A stretch of DNA of 64,000 bases from Gemmatimonadota bacterium (GTDB lineage: Bacteria; Gemmatimonadota; Gemmatimonadetes; Palauibacterales; Palauibacteraceae), in contig JBDHAC010000028.1 of NCBI GenBank assembly GCA_039588275.1, positions 1,782 to 65,781 on the forward strand, written 5' to 3'. The notes under the pieces were generated by a model. It did no database searches. It saw nothing but the letters and a program-made list of their open reading frames with translations, and was not told the DNA's origin. Shown here piece after piece: positions 36,704 to 44,958 of this stretch (the stretch's first letter is position 1; each line of letters starts with the position of its first letter). Made by a program: the position numbers and the translations under genes.

Positions 36704-38003
36704 GGAGATCCCCGACACGGGTTCCACCCGGGCGGGGGAGGAAGACGGGCGCCTGGGGAGCCTCGCGCGCCTCTTCCTGAAGCTGGGGTTCCTGGCGTTC
36801 GGCGGACCGGCCGCCCACGTGGCCATGATGGAGGACGAGGTCGTGGCCCGCCGCCGCTGGCTGTCGCGACCTGCCTTCTTGGACATCCTCGGCGCGACGA
36901 ACCTCATCCCCGGCCCCAACTCGACCGAGATGGCCATGCACGTCGGGTGGCGGCGAGCCGGGACGCGCGGGCTGGTGGTCGCCGGGGCGTGCTTCATCGG
37001 CCCGGCAGCCCTCATCACGGGCGTTCTGGCATGGGCGTACCTCCGGTACGGTGCCCGCCCGGAGGTCGGACCCTTCCTGTTCGGGATCAAGCCTGCGGTC
37101 CTGGCCGTGATCCTGATCGCACTCTGGCGGCTGGCGCGCGTGGCGGCGCGAACCGCGCCTCTCGCCGGGCTCGGTGCGGCCGTGGCGCTGGCCGCGCTCG
37201 CGGGCGTGAACGAGATCTTGGCTCTCCTCGCGGGCGGCCTGCTCGGCACCCTGGCGGCGCGCCCCTGGAGCCGCAGATCCGGCCCCACTGTGGGACCGCC
37301 GCCCGACCTCGCGGATGCCGGCGAAGCCGATCGCGACGAGCGTGCCGATGAGGATGAGGGTGCCGATGAGGACGGGGGTGTCGATGAGGACGAGCGTGCC
37401 GACGAGGAAGAGGGGGGGCACCCGGGTCCGGCGGCTGTCCTCCTCGCCCCTCCGGTGGCCGCCGGGTGGATGGCCGCCGGCGCTCCGCTCTGGACCCTGG
37501 GGCTGTTCTTCCTCAAGGTCGGGGCCGTGCTATACGGGAGCGGCTACGTCCTCGTCGCTTTCCTCGAGGGCGATGTGGTGGGGCGCTATGGCTGGCTGAC
37601 GCGACCCGAGCTCCTCGATGCGATCGCGATCGGCCAGTTCACCCCGGGACCGGTGCTCTCGACCGCGACTTTCGTCGGCTACCTGGCGGCGGGCCCGGCG
37701 GGCGCGGTCGTCGCGACCATCGGCATCTTCCTCCCGTCGTTCGTGTTCGTGTCGATCCTGGGTCCGCTGGTGCCCCGGCTGCGCGAGTCGGCGTGGACGG
37801 CCGCGTTTCTGGATGCCGTGAACGCCAGCGCGGTCGGGTTGATCGCCGCCGTCACCGTGAGCCTCGGCGTGGCCACGCTCGTGGATTGGCGGGCGTGGGC
37901 GATCGGTCTCGCGGCCGCCGCAGCCGGGCTGATCGGGAAAGTGGGCAGCGTCTGGCTCGTACTGGGGGGTGCGGTCATCGGCTGGGCGCTCGGGCTCTTC
38001 TGA
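36696..38003 (+). CDS. chrA: chromate ion transporter (CHR family), two CHR halves joined by an acidic repeat linker
   Basis: ORF 36627..38003. GTG 36696 is the likely start (8-nt overlap with trpA). LGFLAFGGPAAHVAMMEDEVV...LIPGPNSTE in half 1; FLKVGAVLYGSGYVLVAFL...QFTPGPVLSTATFVGY in half 2. Confidence 0.85.
   Translation: MTEEIPDTGSTRAGEEDGRLGSLARLFLKLGFLAFGGPAAHVAMMEDEVVARRRWLSRPAFLDILGATNLIPGPNSTEMAMHVGWRRAGTRGLVVAGACFIGPAALITGVLAWAYLRYGARPEVGPFLFGIKPAVLAVILIALWRLARVAARTAPLAGLGAAVALAALAGVNEILALLAGGLLGTLAARPWSRRSGPTVGPPPDLADAGEADRDERADEDEGADEDGGVDEDERADEEEGGHPGPAAVLLAPPVAAGWMAAGAPLWTLGLFFLKVGAVLYGSGYVLVAFLEGDVVGRYGWLTRPELLDAIAIGQFTPGPVLSTATFVGYLAAGPAGAVVATIGIFLPSFVFVSILGPLVPRLRESAWTAAFLDAVNASAVGLIAAVTVSLGVATLVDWRAWAIGLAAAAAGLIGKVGSVWLVLGGAVIGWALGLF
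37326..37415 (+). repeat. in-frame 18-bp tandem repeat, 5 units, encoding acidic hexapeptides (ADRDER ADEDEG ADEDGG VDEDER ADEEEG)
   Basis: Units GCCGATCGCGACGAGCGT / GCCGATGAGGATGAGGGT / GCCGATGAGGACGGGGGT / GTCGATGAGGACGAGCGT / GCCGACGAGGAAGAGGGG, read directly from the sequence. Confidence 0.85.
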
Positions 38004-38119
38004 CCGCCTCAGACGGTTGCGCCTCGTAACCCGCGAAGGACGTACCTCCGCCACCCGGTCCGCCGCATCCGCGGCCACCTCGCCTCGACGCCGACGTCCC
38101 GCCTGCCGATAATACGGGC

Positions 38120-38419
38120 GTGAATTCCGCACCAGAGGACAGGGACCGAGGCCCCGGCAACGTGCGGCGCTGGCTTCGTGCCGCTCGCGAGATCTACGAG
38201 GGCATGTACATCGCCCCCTACCGTTCGGCGATTCACCGGGAATACCTGCGCCAACACGATCTCTTCCTGCTCGTCGGATTCTCCGACCTTCTCGGTGTGC
38301 CCAACCCGGTCCAGTTCTATACGCTCGAGCTGTATCCGGAGCTGCTGGAGGCGTTTCACACCTGGCACCTCCGGATGGGGCTCGAGCACCCGCCGGAGGG
38401 AGGTTTCCGCTGTTGCTGA
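38120..38419 (+). CDS. small protein ending in ...EGGFRCC-stop (C-terminal Cys-Cys)
   Basis: 99-aa ORF with good third-position G/C. 7-nt overlap with the downstream ArsA-like gene. The C-terminal GG-x-R-C-C resembles the tail of the CstA-associated YbdD/YjiX (DUF466) proteins. Start uncertain (GTG 38120 or ATG 38204). Confidence 0.6.
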   Translation: MNSAPEDRDRGPGNVRRWLRAAREIYEGMYIAPYRSAIHREYLRQHDLFLLVGFSDLLGVPNPVQFYTLELYPELLEAFHTWHLRMGLEHPPEGGFRCC

Positions 38420-39426
38420 GCCCCGATAGCGTGCTCCCGGACCGGCCCATCCTCTTCTTCGGGGGGAAGGGGGGCGTCGGAAAGACCACGCTGGCGGCCT
38501 CGGCGGCGCTCGGCCTGGCGGCGCGGGGCCACCGTACGCTGCTCGTGTCCACCGACCCGGCTCACTCGACCGGAGACATCCTGCAGGCCGATCTCGGCGC
38601 GGAGCCCCGCCCCGTGATCGCCGATTGCTGGGCGATGGAGCTCGATCCTGAGCGTGAGGCGGACCGGTACATCGAGGAGGTCAAAGCTCGTGTCGCTACC
38701 GCGGCGCCACCGCGCCTGGTCGCCGAGGTCGAGCGTCAGATCGACATCGCTCGCGTCTCCCCGGGAGCCGTGGAGGCTGCCCTGTTCGAGCGATTCACGC
38801 GCATCCTCGAGGAGGAAGGGAAGGATTTCGACCGGATCGTGTTCGACACGGCGCCGACCGGTCAGACGCTCCGTTTGCTCTCGCTCCCCGAGCTCATGAC
38901 GGCGTGGATGACCGGCATGATCCAACGCCGCAAGAAAGTCGGGGCGCTCACGCGCATGTGGAGGAACGTGGCGGGGTCGGCCGCATCCGATGCCGAGCGA
39001 GAGGACCCGGTCCTCGCCGCGCTCGAGGATCGGCGCGCCCGTTTTCACCGCGCCCGTCAGACGCTGACCGCCCCGGAGCGGGCCGCGTTCATCTTCGTGG
39101 TGATCCCCGAGCGACTCCCCATCTGGGAGACCGAGAAGGCGGTGGAGACGCTCTCGCGTCACGCAATTCCGGTCGGGGCGATCATCGTAAACCAGGTACT
39201 TCCGCCTCCAGCCGTCGAAGATGGTGGCGCGGCGTTCATGGAGGCCCGAAGGGAGCGCGAGGCGCTCTACCTTGCGAGGATCTCGCGTGACCTCGGAGAT
39301 TGGCCAGTCCTCTGCGTCCACCTGCAGGAGACCGATCCAGTGGGAATTGACGCCCTCAAGGAGCTGGCGGGCGGGATACGCCCGGCCCCGCCCGAGTGGG
39401 GCGACCGCATGGAGGAGGGGCGGTGA
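38413..39426 (+). CDS. ArsA/GET3-like P-loop ATPase (single domain)
   Basis: Deviant Walker A FFGGKGGVGKTT; STDPAHS; DTAPTGQTLRLLSLPE. Stop overlaps the cstA start (GTGA). Confidence 0.88.
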   Translation: MLSPDSVLPDRPILFFGGKGGVGKTTLAASAALGLAARGHRTLLVSTDPAHSTGDILQADLGAEPRPVIADCWAMELDPEREADRYIEEVKARVATAAPPRLVAEVERQIDIARVSPGAVEAALFERFTRILEEEGKDFDRIVFDTAPTGQTLRLLSLPELMTAWMTGMIQRRKKVGALTRMWRNVAGSAASDAEREDPVLAALEDRRARFHRARQTLTAPERAAFIFVVIPERLPIWETEKAVETLSRHAIPVGAIIVNQVLPPPAVEDGGAAFMEARREREALYLARISRDLGDWPVLCVHLQETDPVGIDALKELAGGIRPAPPEWGDRMEEGR

Positions 39427-41213
39427 GCGCGATCGTACTCCTTGTCGTCGGTGTCTCGGCGTTCCTCACGGGATACCACGTGTACTCCCGCTTCATCGCC
39501 CGCCGCATCTATCAGCTGGATCCCGACTTCGTCACGCCGAGCCACGAGTTCGAGGACGGGGTGGACTACGTCCCCACGAACAAGCACGTGCTGTTCGGGC
39601 ACCACTTCACATCCGTGGCGGGGGCGGCGCCGATCGTCGGCCCGGCGATCGCGGTCATCTGGGGTTGGCTCCCGGCGTTCCTGTGGGTGACGATCGGGAC
39701 CGTGTTCGCGGGAGCCGTGCACGACTTCGGGACGCTGTGGATCTCGACCCGGCACAAGGGCCGCTCCATCGGCACGCTCACCGAGTCGATCGTCGGTGAC
39801 CGCGCGCGGGTGCTGTTCCTCCTCTTGATCTTCTTCCTGTTGCTCATGGTGAACGCGGTGTTCGCGGTCATCATCGCCAACCTGTTCATGGGGAACCCGG
39901 GTGCCGTGCTCCCCGTGTGGGGGTCGCTCGTCGTCGCCCTCATCGTGGGTTTCCTGATCTATCGAACCGGGGCGGGGATCCTGCTGCCGTCGCTCGGGGC
40001 GCTGGCGGTCCTCTACCTGATGATCTGGTTCGGTCAATACGTACCCTTCGAGCTACCGGACCTGATCGGGTTCGGGCCCACCGAGGCACAGCTGACGGCG
40101 GCAGGTGGGGACGCGGCCGTGGCCGCGGAGGCGGCGAACGCGGACGGGCAACGCGTGGGTTGGATCATCGTCCTGTTCATCTACACCTTCTTCGCCTCGG
40201 TCTTGCCCGTGTGGCTACTCCTCCAGCCGCGCGACTACGTGAACGGCCACCAGCTGTTCGTGGCGCTCGGGATCATCGGTGCAGGGGTCATCGTGACGAA
40301 CCCGGAGGTGGTCGCGCCGGCGGTGAACACGAACCTCCCCGGCGACGCGCCCAGCTGGTTCCCGTTGCTGTTCATCACGATCGCGTGTGGCGCCATCAGC
40401 GGGTTCCACGGGCTCGTGGGCTCCGGGACCTCCTCCAAGCAGTTGAACAAGGACACGGACGCGCGCTACGTCGGGTACGGTGGGGCGCTGGGGGAGGGGA
40501 CGCTCGCCGTCACGTCGATCATCGCGTGCACGGCCGGCTTCGCGGTCTTCGTGGGGCTCGACGGTTGGCACACACATTACGGCAGCTGGGCCTCGGCCTC
40601 GGCCGGCGCGACGGCCGCGTTCGTGAACGGGGTGGGCGTACTGGCGGAGGGAATCGGGATCCCCAGCCGGGTCGCCACGATCTTCGCGGCGGTCGTCGTG
40701 ATCAGCTTCGCTGCCACCACGCTCGACACCAGCATCCGACTCCAGCGCTACATCATCGGGGAGCTGGGCGTCGAGTATCGGGTCAAGCTCGTCCAGAATC
40801 GCTGGGTAGCGACCCTGGTCGCGGTCGTCGCATGCGCGCTCCTCGCCCTCGGCCTGGACCGGGGCGCCGGCGGCATGCGGATCTGGCCGCTGTTCGGCAC
40901 GACCAACCAGCTACTGGCGGGTCTCAGCCTCCTGATCATCACGCTGTTCCTGTTTCGCCAGAAGCGGCCCGTGTGGGTGACGATCATCCCCATGACCTTC
41001 CTGCTCATCATGACCACCTGGGCGATGATCCTGAACTTGCGCCGGTTCGCGGGCGAGAGTCAGACGCTCCTGCTCGTGGTCGGAGGCGCGATCTTCGTGC
41101 TCGAGATCTGGCTCCTGTTCGAGGCGGTGGCCGCGATCCGGCGCGTACGCGGGTTGCGGCACTCGGAAGACGCGGCGCTGGCGACCGCGGTCGAGGACCG
41201 AGGGGCTCCCTAG
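39423..41213 (+). CDS. cstA: carbon starvation protein A family transporter
   Basis: ORF 39396..41213; GTG 39423. VPTNKHVLFGHHFTSVAGAAPIVGPAIAVIWGWLPAFLWV and multiple TM segments typical of CstA. Confidence 0.92.
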   Translation: MSAIVLLVVGVSAFLTGYHVYSRFIARRIYQLDPDFVTPSHEFEDGVDYVPTNKHVLFGHHFTSVAGAAPIVGPAIAVIWGWLPAFLWVTIGTVFAGAVHDFGTLWISTRHKGRSIGTLTESIVGDRARVLFLLLIFFLLLMVNAVFAVIIANLFMGNPGAVLPVWGSLVVALIVGFLIYRTGAGILLPSLGALAVLYLMIWFGQYVPFELPDLIGFGPTEAQLTAAGGDAAVAAEAANADGQRVGWIIVLFIYTFFASVLPVWLLLQPRDYVNGHQLFVALGIIGAGVIVTNPEVVAPAVNTNLPGDAPSWFPLLFITIACGAISGFHGLVGSGTSSKQLNKDTDARYVGYGGALGEGTLAVTSIIACTAGFAVFVGLDGWHTHYGSWASASAGATAAFVNGVGVLAEGIGIPSRVATIFAAVVVISFAATTLDTSIRLQRYIIGELGVEYRVKLVQNRWVATLVAVVACALLALGLDRGAGGMRIWPLFGTTNQLLAGLSLLIITLFLFRQKRPVWVTIIPMTFLLIMTTWAMILNLRRFAGESQTLLLVVGGAIFVLEIWLLFEAVAAIRRVRGLRHSEDAALATAVEDRGAP

Positions 41214-41341
41214 GTCCAGGTCACAGGATGCTCGCACGCTCTCGATCCCGGAGGCTGAACGACGGTCATCCTGCCTCTGACCCCAACGAGCGGCCCCGGC
41301 CTCGAAAGAAGGCCAAAAAGAAGGCCAATTCGTACGCCGAT

Positions 41342-41386
41342 GGGGACATTTTATCTGAAAAGTTTCAGCTGAAATGTCTTGTCCCC
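41342..41386. other. AT-rich extended hairpin between the convergent cstA and NFACT-family genes (possible terminator or protein/RNA site)
   Basis: GGGGACATTT-TAT-CTGAAA-AGT-TTTCAG-CTG-AAATGTC-TTGT-CCCC, about 16 paired positions. No U-tail on either strand. Confidence 0.4.
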
Positions 41387-41467
41387 GGGTCCGAGCGTTT
41401 CGGCTCACTCCCTCATCGGGGCGCCCCGGAGCGCGCCCAAGGTGAGCGACATACCCGCGACGTAAAC

Positions 41468-43066
41468 CTAGGACTCTAGCCGGAGGCGCTTGACCAGACC
41501 CTCGTCCGGCTCCACGAAGACCGTCTGCACGCGCTCCGCCACCACCCTGCCCGGCGGTGATTTGCGCGGCTTGCGGACGTATTTGCGCCGAGTCCAGTTG
41601 ACCGCCGCGGTCCCGCTGTGACGGGCGCCGCTGTGCACGGCCGCGACCGTGGCCGCCTCGAGCAGATCGCGCTGCGCCGGGTTCTCCTCCTTTCGTCCCC
41701 ATCGGAGGATCACGTGCGCGCCCTGCACCTGCCGCGCGTGCATCCAGATGTCCTCGGGTGACGAGTGGTGCAGCGTCAGCGCATCGTTGTCGCGCGCGCC
41801 GCGGCCGACGCGGATCTCGAGACCTCCGGTCGAGCGAAAGCGATGGTACGGAAGGCGGGGCTCGGGGCCCGCACGTCCGGGCTCGCGCCCCGAGGCGGGC
41901 GTGCGTCCCACGAGCTCCCACAACTCCTCGCTCGGCCCATCGCCTGCAAGCGTCTCGGCCCCGGCCCTGAGGGTTTCCAGCCGCCGCTCGTTCTCGGCGA
42001 TCTCCGTCGGAATCCCACGCCTGATGGACGGCTTGTGGGCGAGAATCAGCTGGCCGTTCAACCGAGGCTCCTCAGGCGACCGGGCTGCCTCTCGCTCTCG
42101 TTCGAGGGCGGCCAGCCGGCGCTCGATGCGCTTCACGCGACTCGCAAGAGCCGCGCCCAGGTGCGCGGCCTCATCGTCCGTCTCGGGCTCTACCTCGCCG
42201 CCCGCCGCGCCGAGCGCGAGGAGACTCCCGACGCCGCCCGCCGCCTCGGTCGACGCCTGCATCGCGTCCAGCAGGGAGGGCATGGCCACCGCACCGGGCT
42301 CCTCCAGCGACGAGGCGTACGGTTGCGACCCCAGCGTCCGCTCGAGCAGCCAGGCACCTCCCGTGGAGCACTCCTCGAGCAAGCTCTCGTATCGGGAGAA
42401 CGCCTCGCGAAGCGCACTCTCGTCGGAGTCGGTCACGGCCGTCCCGAGCACCCAATCGATGTTCAGCGCGCTCAGGTAGGCCCATTCCCGGAGTGCGGCC
42501 CCCCTTCGGTCGGCGGGTTCGACGGAAGCCAGCGACGCCATCCAGGCCTCCACATCCCGCGGCCTCGCGGCGCCGCGGCGGGGGTTGGCGGGCGCTGCGT
42601 ACGTAGCGCCGGGCTCCAGACGGCGCTCGCGGATGACTCGCCGCCAGAGGACGCGGTCGATTCGCCACTCGATCTGGTCTGTCCCCGGCTGGGCGTCGCC
42701 CCTTGGCGACAGGAACAACAAGTTCCACTGGTTCGTCTGGAGCTCGGCAGAGATACGGTGCCGCGGGTTGGAGGACGCGTCCGAGAGCGTGAGGAGCAGG
42801 GCTCGCTCGTCCAGCGGCGCCTCGACGGCGCTGAGGAACAACCGCCGGAAGCGAAGACCTTCGGCGGAGAGCAGAGGCTCCACAGCCAGTAGCTGCCCCG
42901 CCTGCGGATGCAGTGTGGCGAGGAGGGCCGAGCCATCCTCGAAGCGCAGCTCCCCCACCCGCCGGGCCGGATCAAGGGCCAGCGAAGCTACGCGGACTCC
43001 CTCCCACCGGGCTCTGATCTCCTGAGCGAGGGCGGCCGTGAGGAGCGGATCGTAACGAACGGGCAT
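41468..43066 (-). CDS. NFACT-family protein (fibronectin-binding protein A / RqcH-like, DUF814)
   Basis: ORF 41468..43270; ATG 43066 gives MPVRYDPLLTAAL. C-terminal DUF814/NFACT-R: GLEIRVGRGARDNDALT...DIWMHARQVQGAHVIL. Confidence 0.8.
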   Translation of the reverse strand: MPVRYDPLLTAALAQEIRARWEGVRVASLALDPARRVGELRFEDGSALLATLHPQAGQLLAVEPLLSAEGLRFRRLFLSAVEAPLDERALLLTLSDASSNPRHRISAELQTNQWNLLFLSPRGDAQPGTDQIEWRIDRVLWRRVIRERRLEPGATYAAPANPRRGAARPRDVEAWMASLASVEPADRRGAALREWAYLSALNIDWVLGTAVTDSDESALREAFSRYESLLEECSTGGAWLLERTLGSQPYASSLEEPGAVAMPSLLDAMQASTEAAGGVGSLLALGAAGGEVEPETDDEAAHLGAALASRVKRIERRLAALEREREAARSPEEPRLNGQLILAHKPSIRRGIPTEIAENERRLETLRAGAETLAGDGPSEELWELVGRTPASGREPGRAGPEPRLPYHRFRSTGGLEIRVGRGARDNDALTLHHSSPEDIWMHARQVQGAHVILRWGRKEENPAQRDLLEAATVAAVHSGARHSGTAAVNWTRRKYVRKPRKSPPGRVVAERVQTVFVEPDEGLVKRLRLES

Positions 43067-43169
43067 CGGGCGCTCGGCGAGTCGAAGTGCCGGCGATCCT
43101 GGCCTGCGGTGGCCAGGTCGACCCGGTATATTCGTGCACTTGCTTCCACCCCACAAACGGATCTGAGCG

Positions 43170-44024
43170 ATGGGCAAGCAATCCGACGCGACCGCCGGAC
43201 GAGAGAGCCGCAAGGCCGTGACCGTCCGCGACTTCCAGCGCATGAAGGCGGACGGGGAGAGAATCGCCATCCTTACGTGCTACGACTACCTGTTCGCCCG
43301 CATCCTGAGCCAGACGGACATCGACGCCGTGCTCGTCGGGGACTCGCTCGGCCAGGTCGTGCTCGGGTATCGGAGCACGCTTCCGGTCACGCTCGACGAG
43401 ATGATCCACCACACGTCCGCTGTTCGGCGTGGGCTGGAAGGCCCGATGCTGATCCTCGACATGCCCTTCCTTTCGTATCAGGTGAGCGACGAAGAGGCGC
43501 TCCGAAACGCCGGGCGCGTCCTGAAGGAGACCGGGTGCGAGGCGGTCAAGATCGAGGGAGGCGACGCGGAGACCCTGAGCAGGGTCAGGACCCTCGTAAC
43601 GGCCGGCATCCCCGTGATGGGCCACATCGGCCTCACGCCGCAGGCCGTCCACAAGCTCGGCGGCTACCGGCTCACGGGCCGCGAAGCGGACGAGGCCAAG
43701 CGCCTGGAGGAGGAGGCCCGCGCGCTGGAGGAAGCGGGGTGCTTCAGCATGGTGCTCGAGATGGTCCCGACCGACCTGGCCACGAAGATCAGCCTGGCCC
43801 TCGAGATCCCGACCATCGGGATCGGAGCCGGGAACGGCTGCGACGGTCAGGTGCTCGTGCTGCCCGACATGCTGGGTCTGAACGAAGAATTCAGCCCGAA
43901 GTTCCTTCGTCGTTTCGCGGAGCTCGGCGAGGCCGCGCGAGATGGGGTCGCGGCGTTCGTGGATGCCGTGAGGGCCGGCGAGTATCCGGACGAGAGCGAG
44001 CGCTACGACGTTGACGTCGCTTGA
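43170..44024 (+). CDS. panB: 3-methyl-2-oxobutanoate hydroxymethyltransferase
   Basis: ILTCYDY, VLVGDSLG, VKIEGG and GHIGLTPQ motifs. Confidence 0.95.
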   Translation: MGKQSDATAGRESRKAVTVRDFQRMKADGERIAILTCYDYLFARILSQTDIDAVLVGDSLGQVVLGYRSTLPVTLDEMIHHTSAVRRGLEGPMLILDMPFLSYQVSDEEALRNAGRVLKETGCEAVKIEGGDAETLSRVRTLVTAGIPVMGHIGLTPQAVHKLGGYRLTGREADEAKRLEEEARALEEAGCFSMVLEMVPTDLATKISLALEIPTIGIGAGNGCDGQVLVLPDMLGLNEEFSPKFLRRFAELGEAARDGVAAFVDAVRAGEYPDESERYDVDVA

Positions 44025-44919
44025 GCCCTCCTCCCCCGGAGCGGAATCCGGATCTCCCTCTCCAGCTCACGTCCTGCGAACCGTCGCGGACGTGCGAGCG
44101 TGGCGTGCCACGCAGAGACGCGAGGAGAAGGCGGTCGCCTTCGTACCGACAATGGGGGCGCTGCACGAAGGGCACCTGAGCCTGATCGACGTCGCGGCCG
44201 CTCACGCCGACACCGTCATCGTCTCGATCTTCGTCAACCCCACGCAATTCGGGCCTGCGGAAGACTTCGAGGAGTACCCTCGCGACCTCGACCGGGACCT
44301 CCATCTGGCGAGCGCTCGCGGCGCCGGAACGGCGTTCGTTCCCACGACCGCGGAGATGTACCCCGCGGAACAGACCGTCTGGGTCGAGCCCGGGCCGCTC
44401 GGCGACCGGCTGTGCGGGCCTGGCCGCCCGGGGCACTTCCGGGGCGTGCTCACGGTCGTGGGCAAGCTGTTCGCCATCGTGGAGCCCGACCTGGCGGTGT
44501 TCGGCCAGAAGGACTTTCAACAGTCGGTGCTCATCCGCGCCATGGTCGAGCAGCTTCACTTCCCGATCCGAATCCTGGTCGCGCCCACGGTGCGGGAACC
44601 GGACGGGCTCGCGCTGAGTTCGCGGAACGCGTACCTGAGCGCCGTCGAGCGGGAGACGGCGCTCTCGCTGTCGCGCTCGCTCCGCCGGGTGCGCGAGCGC
44701 TTCGCCGCCGGGGAACACGACCGCGCCGCCCTGGAAGCGCTCGTGCGGGCCCAGTTGGAGGACGCCGGCGCCGAGGTCGAATACGCCGACATCGTGGACC
44801 CGGATGGACTCGAGCCTCCCGAGACCGCCGGCCCCGAGGACGTGTGTGCGATCGCGGCCCGCGTAGGGACGACCCGTCTCATCGACAACGCGTCGCTGGC
44901 GGGGCCCTCATCGCTGTGA
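44011..44919 (+). CDS. panC: pantoate--beta-alanine ligase
   Basis: VAFVPTMGALHEGHLSLI, FVNPTQF, FGQKDFQQ and TRLIDN motifs. TTG 44011 start is uncertain. Confidence 0.92.
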   Translation: MTSLEPSSPGAESGSPSPAHVLRTVADVRAWRATQRREEKAVAFVPTMGALHEGHLSLIDVAAAHADTVIVSIFVNPTQFGPAEDFEEYPRDLDRDLHLASARGAGTAFVPTTAEMYPAEQTVWVEPGPLGDRLCGPGRPGHFRGVLTVVGKLFAIVEPDLAVFGQKDFQQSVLIRAMVEQLHFPIRILVAPTVREPDGLALSSRNAYLSAVERETALSLSRSLRRVRERFAAGEHDRAALEALVRAQLEDAGAEVEYADIVDPDGLEPPETAGPEDVCAIAARVGTTRLIDNASLAGPSSL

Positions 44920-44958
44920 CATACCGGCCAGGAAGAGGCGACACCGTAAGCCCACTGA

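Noticed and set aside
35813-37516. 567-aa ORF on the minus strand
   Set aside because: It is antisense to trpA and chrA. It is extremely Arg/Pro/Ser/Ala-rich, with no start context and no motifs.
38417-38419. TGA after ...RCC considered as a possible Sec codon (the DUF466 family is said to include Sec tails)
   Set aside because: Read-through would give a long Arg/Ser/Pro-rich out-of-frame translation of the ArsA-like gene. No SECIS-like hairpin was noticed. The CC-stop reading matches the family-type terminus.
39917-41479. 520-aa plus-strand ORF in an alternative frame of cstA. The same applies to 58401..59939 over the mutase gene and 44100..45248 over panC.
   Set aside because: These are same-strand off-frame ORFs with RG-rich junk composition. 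The overlapping frames carry strong family signatures.
41226-41479. Possible small gene downstream of cstA (ATG 41226, MLARSRSRRLNDG...KKAKKKAN...), considered as a YbdD-like partner
   Set aside because: It has no GGxRCC tail, no similarity to DUF466, and poor codon bias in the AT-rich part. It runs through a hairpin and into the convergent gene. It is better explained as non-coding.
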